DNA of 36,438 nucleotides, taken from positions 1 through 36,438 of the forward strand of contig CALJEH010000065.1 of the NCBI GenBank assembly GCA_938074435.1, written 5' to 3'. The notes below the pieces were generated by a model. The model was not told where the DNA came from. It worked only from the letters and a program-made list of their open reading frames with translations, and ran no database searches. A program made the translations under genes and the position numbers. This stretch comes from an uncultured Alphaproteobacteria bacterium. GTDB lineage: Bacteria; Pseudomonadota; Alphaproteobacteria; Rhizobiales; TMED25. This document shows, piece by piece, positions 8,736 through 16,743 of this stretch. Each line of letters starts with the position of its first letter. Within the stretch, counting starts at the first letter, position 1.

Positions 8736-10112
8736 ATGGATATAGCTCAAACATACGCGAAGTATACAAAAGAACTTAAATACGATGATCTAACAGATGA
8801 TGTAATTGATCATGTCAAAAAATTAATCCTCGATATAATGGGGAATGATATCGGCGGCTATGAATGGATGGAATCTGGACCCTCAATACTTGAAGGTATT
8901 AGAGTAATTAATAGAAATGCAAAAGGTGCAACTGTTTTGGCTACCGGTGAAAGGATGGCTCCCGAGTGGGCTTCATTTGCAAATGCATCCATGGCACATA
9001 GTTTGGATTATGATAATCATCACGCAAAAGGTGTAATTCATGCTGGAGGAAGTGTTGTAAATTGTGCCTTGGCAGCTGCGGAGGAAAACAACCTCAGCGG
9101 GAAAGAATTAATAACCTCTGTTGTAATTGGTTATGAAATTGCATGCAGATTAGCAATGGCATTAGGACCTCATTCATCACATGAAATGGGTTTCCACCCA
9201 ACAGGAACATGCGCAACTTTCTCGGGTTCTGCAATAATTGGTCGTGCTAGGAAAATGTCAGAAGAACAAATTGTCAATGCTATGGGATTAAATGGATCCC
9301 AAGCTGCGGGATCTATGCAATATGTTGTAAATGGAGCTTGGAACAAAAGGACTCACCCAGGAATTAATACCCACTCAAGTTTTATTGCGGCCACACTTGC
9401 TCAGTCAGGTTTTATTGGAGCAGCAGAAGTATTTGAAGGCAAGCAAGGTTTCCTCCAAGGCTATGCATTAAGACCAATACCAGAGAATGCAACCAAAACA
9501 CTTGGTAAAAGTTATGAAACACTCGAAAATGCCATTAAGCCGTTTCCATTATGTCGCTATAACCACCAAACTCTTGATCTAGTAATTGATTATCAAAAAG
9601 AAAATAACATTGATACCAAAAGGATTAGTAAAATTGTTATTGATATGCCTACCTATGGTGTGCAACTATGTGGCTCTCCAATTGAGCTCAAACGTAACCC
9701 AAAATCTCCAGTTGATGCCCAATTTTCAGGTTGTTTTGCAGCTGCTTTAGCTTTAACTGAAAAAAGAGCAGATATGCAAATCTTTACATCAGTCCTGGAA
9801 AAAGGTATGACCGATGAATTCAGGAGATTATTATCAATAACTAATATTAAACAAGCGGATGATCTGGATGCAATTCATCCTGAATTCTGGCCGGGTAGGA
9901 TTACGATGACAATAGATGATAAAGATGTTGAACTATACGGTAAGCACATGCGAGGTGAAAAAGAACGTCCAATGTCTATTGAAGAAGTACAAGATAAATT
10001 TAGAGATTTAAGCCCAAACCATGATAGTAAAAAATTAGGTGAAGTATTTAGTGTTATTAATGATCTAGAAAACGCTAATATTGATGACTTATTATCACCG
10101 CTTAGAAAATAA
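8736..10112 (+). CDS. MmgE/PrpD family protein
   Basis: AHSLDYDNHH, GYEIACRL, GFHPTGT, AEVFEGKQGF, KPFPLCRYNH; G-rich RBS AGGGGGG. Confidence 0.92.
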   Translation: MDIAQTYAKYTKELKYDDLTDDVIDHVKKLILDIMGNDIGGYEWMESGPSILEGIRVINRNAKGATVLATGERMAPEWASFANASMAHSLDYDNHHAKGVIHAGGSVVNCALAAAEENNLSGKELITSVVIGYEIACRLAMALGPHSSHEMGFHPTGTCATFSGSAIIGRARKMSEEQIVNAMGLNGSQAAGSMQYVVNGAWNKRTHPGINTHSSFIAATLAQSGFIGAAEVFEGKQGFLQGYALRPIPENATKTLGKSYETLENAIKPFPLCRYNHQTLDLVIDYQKENNIDTKRISKIVIDMPTYGVQLCGSPIELKRNPKSPVDAQFSGCFAAALALTEKRADMQIFTSVLEKGMTDEFRRLLSITNIKQADDLDAIHPEFWPGRITMTIDDKDVELYGKHMRGEKERPMSIEEVQDKFRDLSPNHDSKKLGEVFSVINDLENANIDDLLSPLRK

Positions 10113-10134
10113 TAACATAACAGGAGTTATATGA

Positions 10135-11235
10135 ATGTTTAAGATTGCAAAAATTGAAGCATGTGCTGTTGCTATTCCGCTAAAAATGCCAATCAAAATG
10201 TCTGGGATACTGATTGAAACATGTGATAATTTAGTTGTAAAAGTAACAGATTCAGATGGAAATATTGGCTGGGGTGAAGCTTCATCAGCACCAACAATGA
10301 CAGGTGAAACTGTTGAGGGGCTTGTTGCTGCAACGAAATTTATGGCAGACAGACTCGAAGGAATTGAAGTCACAAGTAATGATGAACTAGTCAATCTGAT
10401 TGAACCTCTCATGGTAGCGAACCATAGCGCAAAATCAGCGATTGATGGCGCATTATATGATCTGATTGGTAAACATTTAAATAAACCGATGTATGAAATT
10501 CTTGGTGGAAAAAACCGTAAAAATGCTCCAATGTTTTGGATGATCGCAGGAAGCAATGATGAACTTGAATTAGCAAAGGCAAGAATTGACGAGGGATATG
10601 TTGCCTTTAAAGTTAAAGTTGGGATGAATGAACCATCACATGACCTTGATAGATCAGAAAAATCAAGAAAAATTTGTGGTGATAATGTCCATGTGTCCGC
10701 GGATGCAAACCAAGGATATCGTCCAGAAGATGCGTTCACCTTCGCAAAAGGAGCAGGCAAAGCTGGGCTAGACTTCTTTGAACAACCTGTTCATGGTCAT
10801 GATATAAAATCAATGGCAAAATGCGCAGAGTTATGTGAAGTTCCAATTGGTGCTGATGAAGGAATTCACTCAATAGAAGATATTCAGAAACACTATGATC
10901 ATAATGCCGCAATGGGCGGCAGCCTCAAATTAATAAAATTAGGTAGTGCACAAGGGGTAATGGAGGGAGCAAAATTAATGCAGAAATTATCAATGTCTGT
11001 AAATCTTGCAGGAAAAACTGCCGACACAAGCATTGCAAGTGCAGCAATTTCTCATTTAGCAGTATCTCTTCCTACACTTGAATGGGATGCAAGTGTTACC
11101 AATCAATATCTAGTTGATGATGTAGCCAAGAACCCAATCCAAGTTATCAATGGAAGAATAATTACGCCCGATGGACCTGGACTTGGTATTGAAGTTGATG
11201 AACAAAAGATCGAACAATATAAACGTGCAGTATAA
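10135..11235 (+). CDS. Enolase superfamily, muconate-lactonizing-enzyme subgroup protein
   Basis: GWGEA, FKVKVG (KxK), metal ligands in DAN/EQP/ADE, second Lys in SLKLIKLG, PGLGIEVD; RBS AGGAG. Confidence 0.92.
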   Translation: MFKIAKIEACAVAIPLKMPIKMSGILIETCDNLVVKVTDSDGNIGWGEASSAPTMTGETVEGLVAATKFMADRLEGIEVTSNDELVNLIEPLMVANHSAKSAIDGALYDLIGKHLNKPMYEILGGKNRKNAPMFWMIAGSNDELELAKARIDEGYVAFKVKVGMNEPSHDLDRSEKSRKICGDNVHVSADANQGYRPEDAFTFAKGAGKAGLDFFEQPVHGHDIKSMAKCAELCEVPIGADEGIHSIEDIQKHYDHNAAMGGSLKLIKLGSAQGVMEGAKLMQKLSMSVNLAGKTADTSIASAAISHLAVSLPTLEWDASVTNQYLVDDVAKNPIQVINGRIITPDGPGLGIEVDEQKIEQYKRAV

Positions 11236-11241
11236 ATAAAT

Positions 11242-12222
11242 ATGGCTGTTGTTAACCTTGGTATTCTTGGAGTTGGGAATTGGAGTAAAAAACTAGCAAC
11301 TACGATTCAAAATATTGATGATGCAAATTTGTTAACATGCTTCAGCAGAACAAGTCATACAAGAGAGGAATTTGCTCAAAAATTTGGTTGTGAACCATCA
11401 ATATCCTTTGATAAATTTATCAATGATAAAAGGATCGATGGAATAATAATTGCTACACCTCATACAACACATGTAGATCTGATTTGTTCAATTGCTCAGT
11501 GTAAAAAACACATAATGGTTGAAAAGCCTCTAGCTTTGTCGAGTATAGATGCAAAAAGATGTGTTGAAGTAACAAAGGAAAACAATGTGCTCCTTCAAGT
11601 TGCCCATTACAGAAGATTATTACCAGCAACAAGGTTATTGCATTATAAAATTACCAATAATAACCTCGGAAAAATACACCTAATAGAAAGTAATTTTAGT
11701 CGACCTTTTGGACCAGACCCCAACAGGCCATGGAGAAATAATGAAATAGAAGCTCCAGCTGGTGCATTCACAGCGCTTGGTGTTCATATGATAGATAATC
11801 TGATATATCTCGGTGGTGATGTACAATCTGTAAATGCGCTAAGTAGCGTTTTAGATGAAGACAAGCCCCTAGATGATATAACATCTGTTCTAATAAAATT
11901 TAAAAGTGGAGCTCATGGAGTAATCAACACCTCCTTGAGATTACCATTCATTGCAAATATATGTGCTCAAGGTAATTTAGCCTCTGCCTGGAGTGAAGAC
12001 GATGGTAATAAATTTTTTATTCAAAAAATAAATGAAGAAAAAAGAACAGAAATTACATTAGATAAAATTGATGGTGTAGAACAAAATTTGAGGAATTTTT
12101 GTAGCTCTATAGTCAACCAAATAGAACCTGAAACAAATGGTGAAGAGTCCTCGAAAGTTGTAAGAGTCCTTGAGGCCATAGTTGAGTCTTCAGATAAAGA
12201 AGGTCTTAATATTCAAATATGA
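11242..12222 (+). CDS. Gfo/Idh/MocA family oxidoreductase
   Basis: GILGVGNW, ATPHTTH, HIMVEKP, LGVHMID. Confidence 0.9.
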   Translation: MAVVNLGILGVGNWSKKLATTIQNIDDANLLTCFSRTSHTREEFAQKFGCEPSISFDKFINDKRIDGIIIATPHTTHVDLICSIAQCKKHIMVEKPLALSSIDAKRCVEVTKENNVLLQVAHYRRLLPATRLLHYKITNNNLGKIHLIESNFSRPFGPDPNRPWRNNEIEAPAGAFTALGVHMIDNLIYLGGDVQSVNALSSVLDEDKPLDDITSVLIKFKSGAHGVINTSLRLPFIANICAQGNLASAWSEDDGNKFFIQKINEEKRTEITLDKIDGVEQNLRNFCSSIVNQIEPETNGEESSKVVRVLEAIVESSDKEGLNIQI

Positions 12223-12308
12223 AAATACCTCAATTTAATATTAATAATAGATTATTTCTATGTACTTACATCTTAAAAATAGCCTTCTTTTTGGAGATCA
12301 ATTATTAC

Positions 12309-12337
12309 TTGCTATATCAAATTAATGCGACTATCTT
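12309..12337 (+). promoter_or_regulatory. Sigma-70-type promoter of the TRAP operon
   Basis: TTGCTA (12309-12314), 17 nt, TATCTT (12332-12337), in the intergenic gap before dctP. Confidence 0.6.
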
Positions 12338-12348
12338 AAAAGTCTATA

Positions 12349-12366
12349 CGTGTCGTACCCGACACG
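12349..12366. promoter_or_regulatory. Inverted repeat in the dctP leader (operator or 5' stem-loop)
   Basis: CGTGTCG-TACC-CGACACG, perfect 7-bp arms, GC-rich in an AT-rich gap. Confidence 0.55.
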
Positions 12367-12397
12367 ATTCCAAACTATTTTTTAGGGAGAATATGAT

Positions 12398-13471
12398 ATG
12401 TTAAAAGATAGAAATATATTTATGATTTGTGCGCTAGCGCTCACTTTCATAATTACATCAGTGACTTCTGCGTCGGCTGAGAAAATTAAACTAAGAATTG
12501 CATCAGGCCATCCAACTGGAGTTGTCTATGCAGGATTAATGCAAAGTTATTTTCAACCAATGCTAGCTGAAAGAGTAGCTGAGCGTACTGATCATGAGAT
12601 TCAATGGATTGAAGGATATAGTGGAACAATTGCTAAAAACCCAGAAGTTCTTGAAGCAGTTCAAAATGGTATAACAGATATTGGTGGAATGTGCTTCTGT
12701 TTTGAGCCATCAAACTTACCATTACATGCTTTTCAAGTAATGCTACCATTTGGTACAATGAATCCAATGACAAGTCTTAGAATCGCTCAAACAGTTTATG
12801 CTCAAGAGCCATACCTAACAAATGTTTTTGAAGATGATTTCAATCAAGTACTTCTAGCCAGGATAACAGACCAAGGTTACAACCTTGGTACCACATTCCC
12901 TTGGAAAGATCTTTCAGAACTAGAAGGTGAAAAAATAGCTGGTGCTGGTCTAAACCTAAATTGGCTAGACTATGCTGGTATTACACCCGTACAAGGCACA
13001 CTTTCAGAAGCCTACACAGGTCTTCAAACAAACTTATACGAAGGTTGGGTTATGTTCCCAAGTGCATGGGTTAACTTGAAGCTTTATGAACATGGTGATC
13101 ATTACACACTAATTGGTTTTGGTGCTATGACATGGCATGGGTTAACAATCAACAAAGACTCATATGCCAAACTTCCAGACGATGTTAGGGAAATATTACA
13201 TGAAGTTGCAATGGAATATGAAGAACAAGTTGGTATTGTGAACAAAAGGGAATACCCTCAACATCTTGACACACTTCGTGATAAGATCACTGTTACAGAA
13301 CTCCCAGCTGACGTAAGAGCTGCATGGGCTGAGTCACTTGCTGATTGGCCACAATCAGTAGCAAGCGACCTTGAATCAAAAGGCTTACCTGCAGTTAGGG
13401 TGCTAAACCTTGCACTTGATGCTGCTGAAGCTCAAGGGTACAAGTGGCCTGTTCGTTACGTTGTTGAATAA
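12398..13471 (+). CDS. dctP: TRAP transporter substrate-binding protein (DctP family)
   Basis: Signal peptide ending ASA-E, 'LEAVQNGITDIG', 'EAYTGLQT', 'INKDSYAKLPDDVREIL'; followed by small and large TRAP subunits. Confidence 0.92.
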   Translation: MLKDRNIFMICALALTFIITSVTSASAEKIKLRIASGHPTGVVYAGLMQSYFQPMLAERVAERTDHEIQWIEGYSGTIAKNPEVLEAVQNGITDIGGMCFCFEPSNLPLHAFQVMLPFGTMNPMTSLRIAQTVYAQEPYLTNVFEDDFNQVLLARITDQGYNLGTTFPWKDLSELEGEKIAGAGLNLNWLDYAGITPVQGTLSEAYTGLQTNLYEGWVMFPSAWVNLKLYEHGDHYTLIGFGAMTWHGLTINKDSYAKLPDDVREILHEVAMEYEEQVGIVNKREYPQHLDTLRDKITVTELPADVRAAWAESLADWPQSVASDLESKGLPAVRVLNLALDAAEAQGYKWPVRYVVE

Positions 13472-13485
13472 AATAATCTAATAAC

Positions 13486-13513
13486 TCACAAGATGCCCCC
13501 GGGCATCTTGTGA
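13486..13513 (+). terminator. Intercistronic stem-loop between dctP and dctQ
   Basis: TCACAAGATGCC-CCCG-GGCATCTTGTGA: 12-bp perfect stem with 4-nt loop, no U-tract. Confidence 0.7.
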
Positions 13514-13533
13514 AGTCAATTCTTCATAAAAAA

Positions 13534-14046
13534 ATGTATTTAATTAGACTAAGTGATAAAATAGCAAAAGTAATGATGATCATTGCTGCAGTATGGGCGT
13601 TTTCCCTAGCTTTCCTCATTCTTGCTGATGCATTATCAAGAAGTTTCCTTAATTATCCTTTAAATGGAACAAAAGATATAGTAGAAAACTCAATCGTTGT
13701 GATTATCTTCTTTCAAGCCGGTTACGCCATACGCTCAAGATCAATGCTGCAATCAGACATATTAGTTTCACAGGTATCTCCAAAGATAAAAAAAATTCTT
13801 TTAATTATAGGATATTTACTAGGTATGTTTTTCTTCTATGTCATGATTACTGGAAGTTGGGACCTCGCTTTCCAAGCTTTTGCTAAGGGTGAATATGAAG
13901 GTGAAGGTGCATTAAAAGTCCCTACTTGGCCAACAAGGTTTATTATTATATTTGGTAGCATATTCTGCTTCCTAAACTATCTGGTTCTTGCAATAGTGGA
14001 CATTTTCAACCTAGATGATGATGAAAGTTGGGCTAACAATGATTGA
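13534..14046 (+). CDS. dctQ: TRAP transporter small permease DctQ
   Basis: Four TM segments, 'ADALSRSFLNYPL', 'VPTWP'. ATG 13534 preferred because GTG 13510 lies inside the hairpin. Confidence 0.88.
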   Translation: MYLIRLSDKIAKVMMIIAAVWAFSLAFLILADALSRSFLNYPLNGTKDIVENSIVVIIFFQAGYAIRSRSMLQSDILVSQVSPKIKKILLIIGYLLGMFFFYVMITGSWDLAFQAFAKGEYEGEGALKVPTWPTRFIIIFGSIFCFLNYLVLAIVDIFNLDDDESWANND

Positions 14047-15376
14047 ATTTGAACTAATACTTATAGGTTTATTACTATTCTTTGTGGCTATTGGTGTACA
14101 CATTGTTATTGCGTTAGGTGTGACTGCTGTACTTGGTGTTTATTTTGCATATGGAGATTTTGGGATGGTCCAAAAACTCGTAGGAAGCACATCATATGAA
14201 GGACTTCGTAATTATGTTTTTGCTGTTATCCCTCTATTTATGTTAATGGGTGAATTTATAAGTAAGTCAGGAACAATTACTGATGTATACAGAGGAATTC
14301 AAAGAGGATTAAGAAGATTGCCTGGCAGGCTTGCTCTTGCAACAGTGATGGGTAATGCGATATTCTCATTCGTGACAGGTGTATCAATTGCATCAGCTGC
14401 TGCTTTTACGAGAATTGCTTACCCTGAAATGAAGAGGCACAGATATAATAACGGTTTCTCGCTCGCATCAATAACTGGATCTAGCGTTCTTGGAATGTTA
14501 ATTCCACCAAGTGTTCTAATGATTGTTTGGGGTATACTTACCGAAAGATCTATTGGCCAGATATTTCTTGCTGGTGTTATTCCAGGTTTATTGCTTACAG
14601 GTCTATTTATTGTCTATATACTCTGTGCTGCATTAATTATGCCAAAACTTGTTGGTTTGAATAAAGATGGCACGCCGATTGCAAGCACTGATGAAGTAGA
14701 AGATGAAAATTTAGAAACAGAAGGTAGTGTTTTGTGGAGTTCAATATGGCTATTTGGTATAATAGCAACTGTTTTAGGTGGTATTTGGGTTGGTTTTTTC
14801 TCACCTACAGAAGGTGCAGGTGTAGGAGCTGCATTGGGATTAATATTAGCAATATCAAAGGGTGCAACTACAAAAGACATCATTGGAACTATCTTATCAG
14901 TCGGAAGAACTTCAGCACCAATACTTTTACTGCTGTTAACTGCATCTCTTTACTCAAGATCACTAGCTATGACTGGTGTTACTTCAACCATACAAGATTT
15001 ATTCCTCTCTACAGGTTTTGGTTATGTTGGGATTGTACTTTTAATGATGCTCATATGGTTTATCTTAGGCATGATTATTGATAGTATTTCTATAATGCTT
15101 CTGACTGTTGCAATCTTTGAACCAATTGCTGTATCATTAGGAATCGAGCCTATGGCATTTGCAATATTAGGAATCATTGCTATTGAGGCTGGGCTCTTAA
15201 CCCCCCCATTTGGTCTACTAGTCTATACCGTAAAAGCTTCTGCAAGAGATAAAAATGTTCGACTTGGTCAGATATTCTATTATTCAATTCCTTATTGGAT
15301 CATTATGTTGATTACAGTAATGTTGTTACTTCTATTCCCAGGAATTGCAACGTTTTTACCTAATCTATTATTTTAA
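14039..15376 (+). CDS. dctM: TRAP transporter large permease DctM
   Basis: VIPLFMLMG, LGMLIPPS, FSPTEG, GLLTPPFG; ATG 14039 overlaps the dctQ stop (ATGATTGA). Confidence 0.95.
   Translation: MIEFELILIGLLLFFVAIGVHIVIALGVTAVLGVYFAYGDFGMVQKLVGSTSYEGLRNYVFAVIPLFMLMGEFISKSGTITDVYRGIQRGLRRLPGRLALATVMGNAIFSFVTGVSIASAAAFTRIAYPEMKRHRYNNGFSLASITGSSVLGMLIPPSVLMIVWGILTERSIGQIFLAGVIPGLLLTGLFIVYILCAALIMPKLVGLNKDGTPIASTDEVEDENLETEGSVLWSSIWLFGIIATVLGGIWVGFFSPTEGAGVGAALGLILAISKGATTKDIIGTILSVGRTSAPILLLLLTASLYSRSLAMTGVTSTIQDLFLSTGFGYVGIVLLMMLIWFILGMIIDSISIMLLTVAIFEPIAVSLGIEPMAFAILGIIAIEAGLLTPPFGLLVYTVKASARDKNVRLGQIFYYSIPYWIIMLITVMLLLLFPGIATFLPNLLF
14668..14683 (+). promoter_or_regulatory. Consensus sigma-54 (-24/-12) site inside dctM
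   Basis: TGGCACG-CCGA-TTGCA, with the exact GG-N10-GC spacing. Confidence 0.45.
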
Positions 15377-15395
15377 AATCATATTTGATATTTGA

Positions 15396-15471
15396 TGGTG
15401 CCCTGACCTAGATTTGAACTAGGGACACAACGATTTTCAGTCGTTTGCTCTACCAACTGAGCTATCAGGGC
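15396..15471 (-). tRNA. tRNA-Phe (GAA)
   Basis: Reverse complement GCCCTGATAGCTCAGTTGGTAGAGCAAACGACTGAAAATCGTTGTGTCCCTAGTTCAAATCTAGGTCAGGGCACCA: 76 nt, cloverleaf, encoded CCA. Confidence 0.97.
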
Positions 15472-15521
15472 ACAGTGTATACTTACACATGAATATTTAT
15501 ATGAATTTTTTTATGAGAAGT

Positions 15522-15716
15522 CTAGTGATCTTTTTTCAATACATCACTTAAATCTATACTATCATAAATGGTCTCATCATTGATCTTTTCGCCAGGTATA
15601 TAATACCTTCCAGACAACCAATTACCTAAATCTTTATTGGCACACTTATCTGAACAAAAAGGAGCATATTCACTTTGATATTTATTGCTGCAAATTGGAC
15701 AGTTTTTATTATTCAT
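15522..15716 (-). CDS. yacG: DNA gyrase inhibitor YacG
   Basis: CPIC...PFCSDKC..KDLGNW zinc finger; usual position before tRNA-Phe. Confidence 0.93.
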   Translation of the reverse strand: MNNKNCPICSNKYQSEYAPFCSDKCANKDLGNWLSGRYYIPGEKINDETIYDSIDLSDVLKKDH

Positions 15717-15761
15717 ATCTTATATTAGTATTTTACTTATCAATAATGACAAAAGTTGGCT

Positions 15762-16181
15762 TTAATTAACAAAATATTCCCTAATACCGGAACTTGTTCC
15801 ATCCTTTAGTATAATTTTTATTGAAACTTTTTTAGTAGATGGAGGAATTATACGAAACCTCTCTATGTCCTTTACTTGCCTATTGCACATTGGAAGCACC
15901 AATATATTATTTGGTTGCGCTTCATTTATCCCATATCTAACTTCTTTTATTGAACATCTATTCTCTATTAGATATTCAAATCTAATTATTAAATTAGAGC
16001 CCTGGGAATCAAAAACTAACCATGTTTCTTTGGTAGTTGTATTTTGTTTATGACTACTCGTAAGCAGAAATAAAAGAAAAAATAAGGTTGTTAATATGAT
16101 AGTAAATAAAATTTTATATTTATTATTTTTTAAAATTTTACTTATCTTTCCATCTATATTTAGCGTCATAGCCAACGCCAT
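15762..16181 (-). CDS. Hypothetical membrane-anchored protein (start uncertain)
   Basis: Single N-terminal TM segment after a Lys-rich stretch, then a beta-rich domain with two Cys; fills the maf-yacG gap co-directionally. Confidence 0.7.
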   Translation of the reverse strand: MALAMTLNIDGKISKILKNNKYKILFTIILTTLFFLLFLLTSSHKQNTTTKETWLVFDSQGSNLIIRFEYLIENRCSIKEVRYGINEAQPNNILVLPMCNRQVKDIERFRIIPPSTKKVSIKIILKDGTSSGIREYFVN

Positions 16182-16743
16182 TCAACAGATTTGAGGTTTG
16201 GTATAGTGGGAGACCTACAACTGAAGAATATGATCCAATAATTTTTATTACAAATGAGCCTGCAATCCCCTGAATAGCATAACCTCCAGCTTTATCATAC
16301 CACTCCTTTGATAGTATATAAGAAACTAATTCTTCATCTGATAATCTCTTAAATTTTATTCTCGTTTCAACTAATTTAGAAATATATTTCCCATTCTGAT
16401 CACGAAGGCTTAGTGCTGTATATACTCTGTGATTTCTTCCAGATAATAATTGTAAAGCCTTAACGGCATCATCTTCATTATTTGGCTTTTCCACAATTCG
16501 TCTGCCTACAGCAACGATAGTATCTGCTGCTAAGATTATAGAATTTTTTATTTTAGTCATTTCATATACAGCCTCAGCCTTACGTCTGGCTAGTGAAATA
16601 GCTCTTTGCTTTGGCAGTATCTTTGAATCATCTATAAATTCATTTATATTCGAATCTTCGATCAAGTCAGGGAAAACTCCAATTTGTTCTAAAAGACTTT
16701 TCCTTCTTGGGGATTTACTTGCTAATACTAATTTTAAAGTCAT
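16138..16743 (-). CDS. maf: Maf family nucleoside triphosphate pyrophosphatase (YhdE type)
   Basis: LASKSPRR, AADTIV, LSGRNHRV, DKAGGYAIQG. Confidence 0.95.
   Translation of the reverse strand: MTLKLVLASKSPRRKSLLEQIGVFPDLIEDSNINEFIDDSKILPKQRAISLARRKAEAVYEMTKIKNSIILAADTIVAVGRRIVEKPNNEDDAVKALQLLSGRNHRVYTALSLRDQNGKYISKLVETRIKFKRLSDEELVSYILSKEWYDKAGGYAIQGIAGSFVIKIIGSYSSVVGLPLYQTSNLLNGVGYDAKYRWKDK

Noticed and set aside
8992-9006. TGGCACATAGTTTGG sigma-54-like site in the prpD-like gene
   Set aside because: The -12 element is GG rather than GC, and the sequence encodes a conserved protein motif.
10095-10760. 221-aa antisense ORF
   Set aside because: Lies almost wholly opposite the enolase-family gene; Ser/Phe/Ile-rich shadow with no motifs.
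12219-12404. 61-aa ORF bridging Gfo and dctP
   Set aside because: No recognisable features, and it spans the dctP promoter and hairpin; likely non-coding, although it overlaps both neighbours.
14734-15081. 115-aa Cys/Trp-rich ORF inside dctM
   Set aside because: Composition is typical of an alternative frame of a membrane protein. Worth revisiting only if the sigma-54 site at 14668 proves active.
3246-15376. Island as a beta-ketoadipate, methylcitrate, taurine or myo-inositol pathway, or as an active mobile element
   Set aside because: The required partner genes (ring dioxygenases, prpB/prpC, tauABC, iolBCDE) are absent and diagnostic residues differ; no integrase, transposase or tRNA-derived att duplication was found.
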